Shown here: positions 1 to 10,703 of the stretch, in pieces
Layout: every line of letters begins with the position of its first letter
Position numbering within the stretch: the stretch's first letter is position 1
Source: Pachysolen tannophilus NRRL Y-2460
Lineage: Eukaryota
DNA: 64,000 nucleotides
Direction: 5' to 3'
NCBI GenBank assembly: GCA_001661245.1
Contig: KV454015.1
Coordinates: forward strand, 124,001 to 188,000
Made by a program: the position numbers and the translations under genes
Notes under the pieces: generated by a model
The model's input: the letters and a program-made list of their open reading frames with translations, nothing else
Told to the model about the DNA's origin: nothing
The model's database searches: none

Positions 1-990
1 ATTGAAGAAAATGAAAAAGAAATCTTATTATTAAAACAAAAAATTAAAGATGTTGAAAAAGAAGATGAAGGTGAATTAGAAACTGTTAAAGGTTGGATTA
101 AATTAGGTGAATATTATGCTAAAATTGGTGATAGATCAAATGCAGTTGATACTCTTCGAGAAGCTCAGAAATTGGCTCCAAGTACAGGTTCAAAAATTGA
201 TATATTATTAACAATAACTAGAATTGGGTTTTTCTTTGATGATAAGTCATTTATTAAATCTTCTTTAGATCAAGTTAATAATTTAATTGAAAAAGGTGGT
301 GGAGATTGGGAAAGAAAAAATAGATATAAAACTTATCTTGGAATTTATTTAATGTCAACAAGAAATTTTACTGAATCTTCAAAATTATTAATTGATTCAT
401 TAGCAACTTTTACATCAACTGAATTAACATCATATGAAGATATTGCAATGTATGCTTTAATTTCAGGTGCTGTAACATTATCAAGACCTGATTTGAAAAA
501 AAAATTAATTGATTCACCAGAAATTTTGGCAATTAATGGTAATTCAGATAAATTAAAACCAATTTATAATTTGATAAATTCATTATATTCATGCAAATAT
601 GGTTCTTTTTTCCAACATTTGTTAGATACAAATGATCAAATCTTATTAAATGATAAATATTTGGCTGCTCATTCAAGTTATTATATTAGAGAATTAAGAG
701 TAAGAGCTTATGCTCAATTATTGGAATCTTATAAATCTTTATCTTTAAAATCTATGGCTGATCAATTTAAAGTAAGCATAGATTTTTTGGATAAAGATTT
801 ATGTAAATTTATTCCAAATAAAAAATTAAATTGTGTCATCGATAGAGTCAATGGTATTATTGAAACTAATAGACCTGATAATAAAAATAGTCAATACCAA
901 CTTTTAATTAAAAATGGTGATTCACTTTTAACAAAATTGCAGAAATATGGAGCTGCAGTAAGATTAAGCGGTGCTGAGCGTGTGAATTAA
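1..990 (+). CDS. RPN7: 26S proteasome lid subunit Rpn7 (5'-truncated at window edge)
   Basis: Frame is open from base 1 (IEENEKE...GEYYAKIGD...STGSKID). Contains GGDWERKNRYKTY and the PCI end LNCVIDRVNGIIETNRPDNKN...LLTKLQKYGAAVRL. Confidence 0.96.
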   Translation: MEENEKEILLLKQKIKDVEKEDEGELETVKGWIKLGEYYAKIGDRSNAVDTLREAQKLAPSTGSKIDILLTITRIGFFFDDKSFIKSSLDQVNNLIEKGGGDWERKNRYKTYLGIYLMSTRNFTESSKLLIDSLATFTSTELTSYEDIAMYALISGAVTLSRPDLKKKLIDSPEILAINGNSDKLKPIYNLINSLYSCKYGSFFQHLLDTNDQILLNDKYLAAHSSYYIRELRVRAYAQLLESYKSLSLKSMADQFKVSIDFLDKDLCKFIPNKKLNCVIDRVNGIIETNRPDNKNSQYQLLIKNGDSLLTKLQKYGAAVRLSGAERVN

Positions 991-1395
991 CTAACATGTA
1001 TAGATAAATAGATATTTATATATATTTACATATATAAAAAACCTTAAATCTTTAAAGCTTAGGGCCGATATAGGCTAGTTATTTTGTTTTCACTCATATC
1101 ATCATTTGTTTAAAAATTTAAAGCTTTGAAACTCAACGGAAACGAAACCCCGTTTAAAATAAAAAATAAAAAAATACAAGAAAAAATGTACGATATTTCC
1201 GAAAAAGTATCTTTTAAGAATCTATACATTGTAAATCAAAATTGCTATTCCTTATACATATCAAATTATTGAAAAATTTATATCGATATTGTGTCCTTTT
1301 ATCAATTCAGAATAAAGATAGATCTCAAATGTAAATAATTTGTGTTTTTTGTATATGTGTTAGTTTACAAATTAAAAATTTTATTTCTGAATTAA

Positions 1396-2212
1396 NNNNN
1401 NNNNNNNNNNNNNNNNNNNNNNNNNNNNNNNNNNNNNNNNNNNNNNNNNNNNNNNNNNNNNNNNNNNNNNNNNNNNNNNNNNNNNNNNNNNNNNNNNNNN
1501 NNNNNNNNNNNNNNNNNNNNNNNNNNNNNNNNNNNNNNNNNNNNNNNNNNNNNNNNNNNNNNNNNNNNNNNNNNNNNNNNNNNNNNNNNNNNNNNNNNNN
1601 NNNNNNNNNNNNNNNNNNNNNNNNNNNNNNNNNNNNNNNNNNNNNNNNNNNNNNNNNNNNNNNNNNNNNNNNNNNNNNNNNNNNNNNNNNNNNNNNNNNN
1701 NNNNNNNNNNNNNNNNNNNNNNNNNNNNNNNNNNNNNNNNNNNNNNNNNNNNNNNNNNNNNNNNNNNNNNNNNNNNNNNNNNNNNNNNNNNNNNNNNNNN
1801 NNNNNNNNNNNNNNNNNNNNNNNNNNNNNNNNNNNNNNNNNNNNNNNNNNNNNNNNNNNNNNNNNNNNNNNNNNNNNNNNNNNNNNNNNNNNNNNNNNNN
1901 NNNNNNNNNNNNNNNNNNNNNNNNNNNNNNNNNNNNNNNNNNNNNNNNNNNNNNNNNNNNNNNNNNNNNNNNNNNNNNNNNNNNNNNNNNNNNNNNNNNN
2001 NNNNNNNNNNNNNNNNNNNNNNNNNNNNNNNNNNNNNNNNNNNNNNNNNNNNNNNNNNNNNNNNNNNNNNNNNNNNNNNNNNNNNNNNNNNNNNNNNNNN
2101 NNNNNNNNNNNNNNNNNNNNNNNNNNNNNNNNNNNNNNNNNNNNNNNNNNNNNNNNNNNNNNNNNNNNNNNNNNNNNNNNNNNNNNNNNNNNNNNNNNNN
2201 NNNNNNNNNNNN
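1396..2212. other. Assembly gap (N run)
   Basis: Run of N. Confidence 1.
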
Positions 2213-2534
2213 AAATTCCTCTTTTTTNTTTTTTTTTTTTTTTTTTTTTGATTTATTGCTTTGCTATCCAATATTCATTAATAATATTCAACTCTACATA
2301 TTAATATAACTCTCTATTCCTCGTAAACTCTAGCTAAGTTTCAATCATTTGATTAAATGGTTCAGCAGATAAGATTTGGAGGTCGTGTACTCTCAACCCA
2401 ATATTTATCACGTAATGAAGATGAGCTGAACAATGTTTGGTTTGTGAACCATTAGTTATTGGTTATTGGTTGTGATCTACCTGATGATGATGTATGAGTA
2501 AGTTCTTCTAGTGAGCTTTTATTGAATTTTTTCA

Positions 2535-4130
2535 ATGTCGGAGTTACCTTCAATTTATTCATCGGTGGGGTTAAGTCAGGAGAATCAAAGAAAAATTATA
2601 ACTTCAAATTCCAAAAAAATAAATTCATCAGCAGGTAATGGAGGTATCAGTTTGGAAATAAGAGTTCAAAATGAATTGTCAAAGAATTCTGATAAAAGGG
2701 GGAATTTTGGAATACAGGAAGGTAATGGTGGTGGGATTCTGACTGAGGAATCTGATGGTGATATCATAATGTTAGGTACTGAAGATCAACAAGAAGTGAA
2801 TACTATTACCGATTATGTACTGAATAGAAGACATGTTTCAGATTTTCCTCTGAATGAACAAAATGAGAATTTTTTTTTACAAAAACTGGGAGAAAAATTG
2901 GCTCTTGATTCCGATATGCTTATCGATCAACCTGATCAAAAGGAATTTTTTTTAATTGTTGATACAAATTTTATTTTGTCTCATTTAAATATTTTAGAAG
3001 ATTTGAAAAACATGTATAATCAATACAGTGGTATTTTCAAAATAATAATCCCCATTACAGTAATGCATGAATTGGATGGATTGAAAAAATCGAATAGTGG
3101 GGAATCTTATAAATCTTCTTCTTCTTCTTCATCATCTCTGGTAATATCAAACGAATCTTTATCACACTTGGCAAGGTGGGCAAACGATTGGATCTACAAC
3201 AACTTGGCCGAAAGTAATGCTGCTATAAGAGGACAACGTTTAAATGAAAGAATTGATAAATATGCTACAAAAGATGACTCGATTTTGGATTGTTGTATTT
3301 ATTTCCAACAAAAATACCCGTCTCATTTGGTTATACTATTATCGAACGACAAAAATTTTTGTACCAAGGCATTGGTTAATGGTATCCTAACAATTTCGTT
3401 TAGACAAAATATGAATTCGAAGTTGATTATAGAAAAAATTATAGAAGAAAATTTGAATAGAGGAAATGGCATTGTGGTGAATTCTTCTACTAATTTACTA
3501 GAGAACTATGAGTCTAATAGCATACATTCTAATAGCGTTCATTCTAATAGCGGACATGATGACTTTAAGGTTTATGAACATACTTCAAATGGTTTCAATA
3601 GTCAATCACTACCACTGCAGCAACTATTAGAGAAACAGCAACACCAACAAACAGTACCGCAGACCATGATTTCAGATTCGAATCCTAATTTAAATGCGTA
3701 TTGTATCAAGATACCAAATTTCAACAATGCATCTCAACAAATTTACCAAGAGATTCAAAGTGTTCTACTATCTGCCATTGACGAATGCATGACAAAAGAA
3801 TATGAGGATGACTTGGAGTTGGTAGAATACGATAAAGACAAAGTGGTTTCGATAAATGATTGTTGTTTAGTAATGTCTAAGTTTTGGGTTTCTGTATTTG
3901 GTCAATATTTTAAAAAATCAGTTCTAAAACCACAATCATTGTTTAAAACACATAAGGATAGGCAAAGGTTAATCCATATTCCTAAAGACATTAACGACCT
4001 AACTCATTTTGTTGACTTTTGGTCAGAAATTTTAAGATGTTTGTATCTTGAGAAAGATGAAAATCAAATTTCTTCTTTACAGGTTCTTTTTAGAAGATGG
4101 GATTACATAATTGAAAATATTGTAAATTAA
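2535..4130 (+). CDS. SWT1: PIN-domain RNA endonuclease Swt1
   Basis: PIN motifs IVDTNFIL, VMHELDGLK, DDSILDCC, LLSNDKN; neighbours SEY1/GET4/DDP1 as in S. cerevisiae. Confidence 0.88.
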   Translation: MSELPSIYSSVGLSQENQRKIITSNSKKINSSAGNGGISLEIRVQNELSKNSDKRGNFGIQEGNGGGILTEESDGDIIMLGTEDQQEVNTITDYVLNRRHVSDFPLNEQNENFFLQKLGEKLALDSDMLIDQPDQKEFFLIVDTNFILSHLNILEDLKNMYNQYSGIFKIIIPITVMHELDGLKKSNSGESYKSSSSSSSSLVISNESLSHLARWANDWIYNNLAESNAAIRGQRLNERIDKYATKDDSILDCCIYFQQKYPSHLVILLSNDKNFCTKALVNGILTISFRQNMNSKLIIEKIIEENLNRGNGIVVNSSTNLLENYESNSIHSNSVHSNSGHDDFKVYEHTSNGFNSQSLPLQQLLEKQQHQQTVPQTMISDSNPNLNAYCIKIPNFNNASQQIYQEIQSVLLSAIDECMTKEYEDDLELVEYDKDKVVSINDCCLVMSKFWVSVFGQYFKKSVLKPQSLFKTHKDRQRLIHIPKDINDLTHFVDFWSEILRCLYLEKDENQISSLQVLFRRWDYIIENIVN

Positions 4131-4133
4131 ATT

Positions 4134-4172
<39 letters not shown>

Positions 4173-4210
4173 CTTACCGTTTAACCGAGACTACAACTTT
4201 ATAGTTAATT

Positions 4211-5563
4211 TTATTTGTTCCTCGGAGCTTTAATAAATGAATTAGGGTTTGCCTTTAGTTTTCTCTTTGCCCTTTCTTCAGTAATTACACTAGTATCTGG
4301 TGTTTTCTCGGATATATTAGAGGATAAAGGTGAATCATTTCCCAGTTTTTCTTTCTCTGGATTCTCATGTTTTGGGTATGTGGCAGGACGTGGACTTGTA
4401 GAATTCGAAGTATTTATAATATTTTGTGAAGATACTATTCCAAACGCTTTTTTTTTTCTAGGACTGGAAATTGGCCTTGCTCTAGTGGCTCCTGAGTCTT
4501 GAGATTTCTTAGTTTCACCATTTTTTGTTTTTTCAGTGCTAGAAGATTTTTCGAAATCGACATCTTCAATAAATTCATTGGTCGAAGAGCGTACCCTCTT
4601 ATTTCTCATCTCTTGGACTGGCAGCTGAGATTTCGACAAGGTGAAATGATCACTTAGTTTCCAAAGGGGTTCCTGATTTAATGTGTCTCCGATAACACTC
4701 CATATATAATTATTCCTGTGTTTTTCTTTAATAATATAATTTTTTTCAAATTCTTTATAGTTAAATCCATTTAAATGATTCCTTAGTACAGAATTCTTGG
4801 GAATTATCTTACTTATATAATTGTTTTTTTCAACTCTTGTTTCCAAATTATCTTTACTTTCATCACTTCTAGCTTCGTCCGTACTACTACTACTTAAACC
4901 AAACCCATTAATATCAATCAAACTTTCCAATAACAACGAAATAATTCTATCTTTATTTTTCAATTCCTCCACTAACTTGTTTTGAACTTTTTTGAAATGA
5001 CCCATGGTATTAAACATTTCAAACATTATTCGCTCTAAAAACTCTGCTCTTAATTTATTATTATCTAACAATTTCAAATTAAACTCCCAATTAAAATAAG
5101 CCACCGGTTTCGGATTCTTAGTTGTAATGGTTTTGCGTACCAATGAGAAAACTAGTTCGTATGGCACAAAATCTTCATCTTCAGATAACATTGGAATATC
5201 TTCTTCTTCATCGTTCTGACATTTTTCATGAATATGAACATCCACAAGTACTTGCGAATTAGTACTGCTATTTTCATCACTATTACCAGTACTATTTATC
5301 GAAGCATCTAGTAAGTCTAAAGTATCTAAAGCAGTACTTCTGTCTACAACATGAATCCCATTCTGCTTTGTCTTGTCAATTAACTCTTGCTGCTTACATA
5401 TTTCTTCAATCCATACATTGATCAAATCAGTTATGACAAAAGTGTATATATTTTCTTCACTACTCTCACCTTTAATAAACCCATATATATAGTTCTTGTT
5501 ACCCCCATGTTCTAGAAGAGACCAGCACTTTGGAACTTGAAACCCACCTATTCGCTGAACCAT
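4211..5563 (-). CDS. NEJ1: XLF/Cernunnos-family NHEJ factor (Nej1-like)
   Basis: Head-domain pattern ITDLINVWIEE...FNWEFNL, coiled coil LVEELKNKDRIISLL, then a disordered basic tail. Confidence 0.6.
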   Translation of the reverse strand: MVQRIGGFQVPKCWSLLEHGGNKNYIYGFIKGESSEENIYTFVITDLINVWIEEICKQQELIDKTKQNGIHVVDRSTALDTLDLLDASINSTGNSDENSSTNSQVLVDVHIHEKCQNDEEEDIPMLSEDEDFVPYELVFSLVRKTITTKNPKPVAYFNWEFNLKLLDNNKLRAEFLERIMFEMFNTMGHFKKVQNKLVEELKNKDRIISLLLESLIDINGFGLSSSSTDEARSDESKDNLETRVEKNNYISKIIPKNSVLRNHLNGFNYKEFEKNYIIKEKHRNNYIWSVIGDTLNQEPLWKLSDHFTLSKSQLPVQEMRNKRVRSSTNEFIEDVDFEKSSSTEKTKNGETKKSQDSGATRARPISSPRKKKAFGIVSSQNIINTSNSTSPRPATYPKHENPEKEKLGNDSPLSSNISEKTPDTSVITEERAKRKLKANPNSFIKAPRNK

Positions 5564-5828
5564 AGCTCAATGATGATGTCAAAAAGAGATCAACAACTTA
5601 TTTCAATAGTTTTGAACTTTTGAGTTTCTAGTTACTCATCTGAAGAGAGATAAAACACATCTTCTCCGTCTCCTTTTTTGTTTACGTTTCCGCTTTTTAA
5701 AAAACTTCTCTTTAGCGGAAAAATCAATTTACAAATTATTCTCCGCTTTGGAGAAGTAGATAAAAAAAAAAGTGTAGCTTTCTTTCACAATAATATAACT
5801 AACTAACTATACATGTTCATTTTTGCTA

Positions 5829-8294
5829 TTAGAATTTTTTTTGCCCGTTTTCATCTAAATCATCCAATTTAATGTTTTCCGAAGTTTCATTTTTCTTATC
5901 TTCTGTGATATTGGAGAATTTATAGGTGCTTGGTTCTTGGTGTTGCTCTGTACTGAGTAAAATCTCTTTTAATTTCTCGGTGACGACAATTTTGGTTTGA
6001 TCCACCATAGCTAAACTGATTTTTATAACAGAGCCTAACATATTGAATTTGTAGCAGATATATAAGCCAGAACCCAACAATATAACCAATGTAAATAAAA
6101 TAGGATTCCTTAATACTGCCATTATCTCATTTGCACCTAAGACCAACAATAATGCATAAAAATATACTGGAATTGATGTGACAGACTGGATAATTGATCT
6201 TTTTGCATCAAGGTAAGTTAAATCAATTTGTTTCTTAAATAATTGCAATATTGATTGTTGCTGTTTGAAAGATAAAATGTGTGAAAATCTATGGTGCTTA
6301 TGTGTTGGTGAAGATCTTTCTGTGTTATTGCCATTGCTTGCTTCGAAATCTTCTTCTTCATCTGACGAAAAATCTTCCTCATCATGTGCTATGTCAATAT
6401 CAGGCAAGATTTCAACATTAGACGATAATTTAGCAATTGATAAAATTGGTAAAATATCCAAGGTCTTTGATCTTGCCTCCACAAAATTGGAGTCGATCTC
6501 TGAAGTTGTCTTCCATAACTTTGGTAACCCATTTTCATCATATTTGAAATATGTTTCAAATTTATTTTTCAAAATATTTAAAACAGTATCTTCTGTTAAA
6601 TAATCATGAATAATTTCATCAAATTTTAGCCAAAATTTCTTCAAAATATTATCATAAGTTAACTTATTTTCATCCGCAGAAAATCCCAATTGGAAATCAT
6701 AAACATCTTCTTCTTTCTTATATTTTGAGAGTAAAGAACTTGATAATTTCTTGAAATCACTCAAAATTTGATCCCATGAATCATTGGTTGGATTTGACAA
6801 GATGTTGACAACAGTTTCTTTAAAATTACTTGAAAATTTCTTGACGATTTTATTGGTCATATTTTCCAATTCTTTTACCTTTTGTTGTTTCATTAATTCG
6901 GATAAATTTTCTTTCAACTGATTTAATTCCTTAGTGCTACTATAAAAATTTTCTTCATCTAGATCTTCATCAATGATAGATATTAGTTTAGAATTAGTAA
7001 GAAAAAAATTCAAAGCTTCATTATAAGATGTAGTTAAAACTTCATCAAAATTCCCAATATTTTTAGATTTCTTATTTTTGACAATTTCTTCATTAAATTT
7101 CTCAATTGCCGATTTGCTTAATTTTGTTAAAGATGAAGAATAAACTTCTCTTAATTTTAAATCAACTTTATTGCTCAAGATTTTTCTTTTTTCAAGATAA
7201 ACAGATCTTGTATATCTTGAAGCATTTGAATCATATTCTTTTAAAATATTGGATCTCAACTCTCTTAAGATATTACCAAGTTCATTTAACTCCAAATTAT
7301 TATCTTTTTCAAACACCAGATCAAATTTTTCAATAAATATTTCATAACTATTAGCTGAGATTTCATCACATCTAAATCTTGCAACCAAGATTTGTTGTGT
7401 TGGTAAATCTAAATCTTTATTTAGTTCAATTTGTTCCCAAACTTGTTCTGCATATACACTCCAACCGTCAATTGGAATATGACGATGATATTCACTTAAA
7501 AATAAATCTTGCGGTGTTGAAAATCTGTCACCTAATTCTGCAACTCCTCTTAAAAAATTATCTTGTTGTAAAAGTTTGTGTGGTAAAGCCCAAAATTTTA
7601 AATCAAAATAATCTGTTAATTCCGAGTTCTCAGTCTCTCGAGATTTATTTAATTGAGACCATATTTTTTTCAAATCATCCATTAAAGTTTTCGATAAGTT
7701 CTCCAATGGTGTAATCCCAATATGATCTCTAATAACAAATAATAATAAACATTTTTGTTTGTTTTTAGCAAACAATGAAAGATTTACTTCAAAGACAGTT
7801 TTCAATAACCCCATATTTGCACCTTGGTATAACCCAACCTGATGCTCCCATATATTGATGAGTAAGACTTCAGATGTTGCTAACGCAAATAGGGCTGATT
7901 TTCTTTCAAAATCTTGATCTTCACCTCTTTCTCTACCATCCGTACCTTCAACATCCATAACAAATATGGAACCAGTATTGTTACCCTCCAGATGATTCAC
8001 ATTACCTGTAGTAGCAATTGTATCTGCATGTGCTAACCATATACCTTTCGTGGTCTGTTGACGCTGCAGCTCATTCATAACATCAAACTCTGTACCAAAT
8101 AAATGATTCAATAAAGTTGATTTACCTGTAGATTGAGACCCAAAAACAGAGACAATATGATAGTTTAAACCATCCTCAGAACTTGTAACACCACCATTAT
8201 TCTTCAGATAATATTGAGATAAATAAGAAGATAACTTCTTATTGAAAACCTTATCTTCATCAATCACTTGAATAGAATCATTTGCTGTATTCAT
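5829..8294 (-). CDS. SEY1: Dynamin-like ER fusion GTPase Sey1/RHD3
   Basis: GSQSTGKSTLLN, RQQTTKGIW, DVEGTDGRERGEDQDFERK; C-terminal TM hairpin LLVLGANEIMAVLRNP. Confidence 0.97.
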   Translation of the reverse strand: MNTANDSIQVIDEDKVFNKKLSSYLSQYYLKNNGGVTSSEDGLNYHIVSVFGSQSTGKSTLLNHLFGTEFDVMNELQRQQTTKGIWLAHADTIATTGNVNHLEGNNTGSIFVMDVEGTDGRERGEDQDFERKSALFALATSEVLLINIWEHQVGLYQGANMGLLKTVFEVNLSLFAKNKQKCLLLFVIRDHIGITPLENLSKTLMDDLKKIWSQLNKSRETENSELTDYFDLKFWALPHKLLQQDNFLRGVAELGDRFSTPQDLFLSEYHRHIPIDGWSVYAEQVWEQIELNKDLDLPTQQILVARFRCDEISANSYEIFIEKFDLVFEKDNNLELNELGNILRELRSNILKEYDSNASRYTRSVYLEKRKILSNKVDLKLREVYSSSLTKLSKSAIEKFNEEIVKNKKSKNIGNFDEVLTTSYNEALNFFLTNSKLISIIDEDLDEENFYSSTKELNQLKENLSELMKQQKVKELENMTNKIVKKFSSNFKETVVNILSNPTNDSWDQILSDFKKLSSSLLSKYKKEEDVYDFQLGFSADENKLTYDNILKKFWLKFDEIIHDYLTEDTVLNILKNKFETYFKYDENGLPKLWKTTSEIDSNFVEARSKTLDILPILSIAKLSSNVEILPDIDIAHDEEDFSSDEEEDFEASNGNNTERSSPTHKHHRFSHILSFKQQQSILQLFKKQIDLTYLDAKRSIIQSVTSIPVYFYALLLVLGANEIMAVLRNPILFTLVILLGSGLYICYKFNMLGSVIKISLAMVDQTKIVVTEKLKEILLSTEQHQEPSTYKFSNITEDKKNETSENIKLDDLDENGQKKF

Positions 8295-8830
8295 TGTTTG
8301 TGTTTCTCAATTAACAATTAAGCGCCCTTACAAACAAACAAAAAAAAAACTCTCAAGACAAAGAACAAAGAACGAAGAACAAAAAAATAAAATAAAATAA
8401 AAAAAAACAGTTCCAAAGTAGCAGCTCCTAATATCCTGATAAGCAATTGATAGATAATATAGAATACAAATTCACTTAAAATATATAGAGATATATATCT
8501 ATCTTCTATTCTCTTCTCTTCTCTTCTCTTCTCTTCTCGTCTGGTTTCGTTGCGTTTCTTCTTTCAATTGACCTCTTTTTGAACCATTCCAACTAAATTT
8601 CCTTTTTAGGAAACTTATTTTTACTTTCTTAATTTAGTAATTTTGTGTTGTTTCCAGTTTAGGAAATTTTGGTTTTTTTTGGTTTTTTCTTTTTTTTTGG
8701 TTTTTTGGTTTTTTTAACTGGAAAGATCTTTAAGTACCAGGCGAAAAGACAACGGTTTTCCCTTTTAATAGATGGATGAAAAGGTTGATATCATTATATT
8801 TCTTGTTAATCCGTGATAGTGTATATAATC

Positions 8831-9787
8831 ATGAGTTCTCAAAGTCGTAATCCGAAGTTGGAGAGAACGCTTGAGCGTTTTAAGCTGAAAATTGATCAAG
8901 GTTCCTACTATGAGGCATCTTTAACAATTCAGACAATTGTTAGTAGATATGTTAAGATGAAGAATTATAATGATTCGATTGAGTTATTATATCATGCTGC
9001 TTTAACGTTATTGGAACTTAAGCAATCTGCTCCTGGGTGTGAACTTTTTTTGAAGTTGATTGATCTTTTGAAAAATTTAGATGGAGATCATAATAATTAT
9101 GATTTATATTTGAAACAACAGTTGCCAAAATTTCTTCAATTATTACAAGAAATACCGAAAGATGATCCTGCTTTAAGTGATATTGCCAAAGAATTGATAA
9201 CTTATTCCATTTCAATAACTCCATATAAATTAGGGGATCCTATTTTAAATTTCAATATAGGTAAAAAATTCTTGATGAGTGGGAATATGGAAAATTATTA
9301 TAAAGCAGAACAATTTTTAATATTGAGTGGTGATAATGATAATGCATTAGATTTATATATTGAATTATTACATCAATGGTATTTGAATGATGAAACTAAA
9401 GATTTTACAACTTATTTTATTAGATTAATCATAAATTACTTATATGTTGGTAATATCAAATTTGCTCTTAAAGGTTTTAAAAAATTAGTTGATAAATTAG
9501 AATTAAAAAATTATACTCTTAAAGAAAATGGATTTCTCTTATTTGAAAATGAAAAATTATTAAATTTTTTACAATTGTTAATAAGAGTAATTCAAAGATC
9601 AGAAAAAGGATCTTTCAATATTTTCAAAAATTTAATTAATAGATATAAAGAATTATTATTGGAACGAAACTTGTTAAATCCTCTCAATTATTTAAGTAAA
9701 TTATATTTCAATGAAACAATTTTACAACAACAGAATAATGATATTTTCCAAAATTTGATGAGCGGATTTTTGAGAGGAAATAACTGA
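8831..9787 (+). CDS. GET4: GET pathway factor Get4
   Basis: KLERTLERF...YYEA...IVSRY, GDP motif, LLNFLQLLI, C-terminal QNLMSGFL; divergent from SEY1. First ATG is at 8831 (the track's GTG start is not used). Confidence 0.85.
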   Translation: MSSQSRNPKLERTLERFKLKIDQGSYYEASLTIQTIVSRYVKMKNYNDSIELLYHAALTLLELKQSAPGCELFLKLIDLLKNLDGDHNNYDLYLKQQLPKFLQLLQEIPKDDPALSDIAKELITYSISITPYKLGDPILNFNIGKKFLMSGNMENYYKAEQFLILSGDNDNALDLYIELLHQWYLNDETKDFTTYFIRLIINYLYVGNIKFALKGFKKLVDKLELKNYTLKENGFLLFENEKLLNFLQLLIRVIQRSEKGSFNIFKNLINRYKELLLERNLLNPLNYLSKLYFNETILQQQNNDIFQNLMSGFLRGNN

Positions 9788-9895
9788 AAAAAAAAACACA
9801 AACCTCTTTTTTTTTTTTTTTTTTTTAATTTTATTTTATTTTATTTTATTTCATTTCATTTCATTTGTGTGTAGTAATTTCTTCAATAATAATAA

Positions 9896-10522
9896 CTAGT
9901 AATTGTCTACTTCCATATGTTTATCAATAATGTTTCCATGCGGATCAACATCAACGTCCTCGATATCTTTACGTATTGAACTTTCATTTAGGGCCAGTAA
10001 TAACTCGGGTCTCTTTGCCTTTGTCAATTCATGTTTGGCTTCCGAATAAGTACACCATCTTCTATCTCGTGTATCACTCTCTGGCCATTCCTGACATAAT
10101 TCTTTGACTTCCATTTCATAAAAATGGAATTCAGATCGTGGGATTTTGGAAAGATCATCATCCATATTATTAACATCAATAAACGCTTTTTGACCTTCAT
10201 CCAATTCTTTCACAAATCTATGGTCTTCAACAGGTGTTAATTTCAGAAGTATATTTCCTATAATCCCAGCTTCTTCCCATGTTTCTCTTATCGCTGTAAT
10301 GGCATAATCATTTTCCTCATCTTTCTCAATTCCTCCCTTCGGTATAATCCACCTGTTTTTATGTTTTGCAGAAGTAACCATAATCAATTTTGTCTTATCT
10401 TCATTCAATGCAACACATCCCGCAATCAACCTAGCACCTGTCTTGGCCGAATACACCTGATTATCCCTACCTTCTCTTGCCTTAGTGGTCTTTGTGAATT
10501 GTATTATATTGTTATGTGCCAT
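9896..10522 (-). CDS. DDP1: Nudix diphosphoinositol-polyphosphate/Ap6A hydrolase
   Basis: AREGRDNQVYS, WIIPKGG...RETWEEAG Nudix box, PRSEFHFYE, KRPELL. Confidence 0.96.
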   Translation of the reverse strand: MAHNNIIQFTKTTKAREGRDNQVYSAKTGARLIAGCVALNEDKTKLIMVTSAKHKNRWIIPKGGIEKDEENDYAITAIRETWEEAGIIGNILLKLTPVEDHRFVKELDEGQKAFIDVNNMDDDLSKIPRSEFHFYEMEVKELCQEWPESDTRDRRWCTYSEAKHELTKAKRPELLLALNESSIRKDIEDVDVDPHGNIIDKHMEVDNY

Positions 10523-10703
10523 TGCCGATAATTACTTCAAAATATATAATTTATTTAATAATATCTGGTTTAGTACTCATTTTTATATTTTTTATATTTT
10601 TTAATTTTTTAATTTTTTTAGCCTTTTTTCTTTTCATATCGATTTTATCATTTCTATGTTTTATACCAGTAGATTATATAATATCTAGAAAATAAATTGG
10701 GAA

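Noticed and set aside
1381..2271. ORFs spanning N runs (also 36394-36996 and 60593-61228)
   Set aside because: Artefacts of N codons lacking stops.
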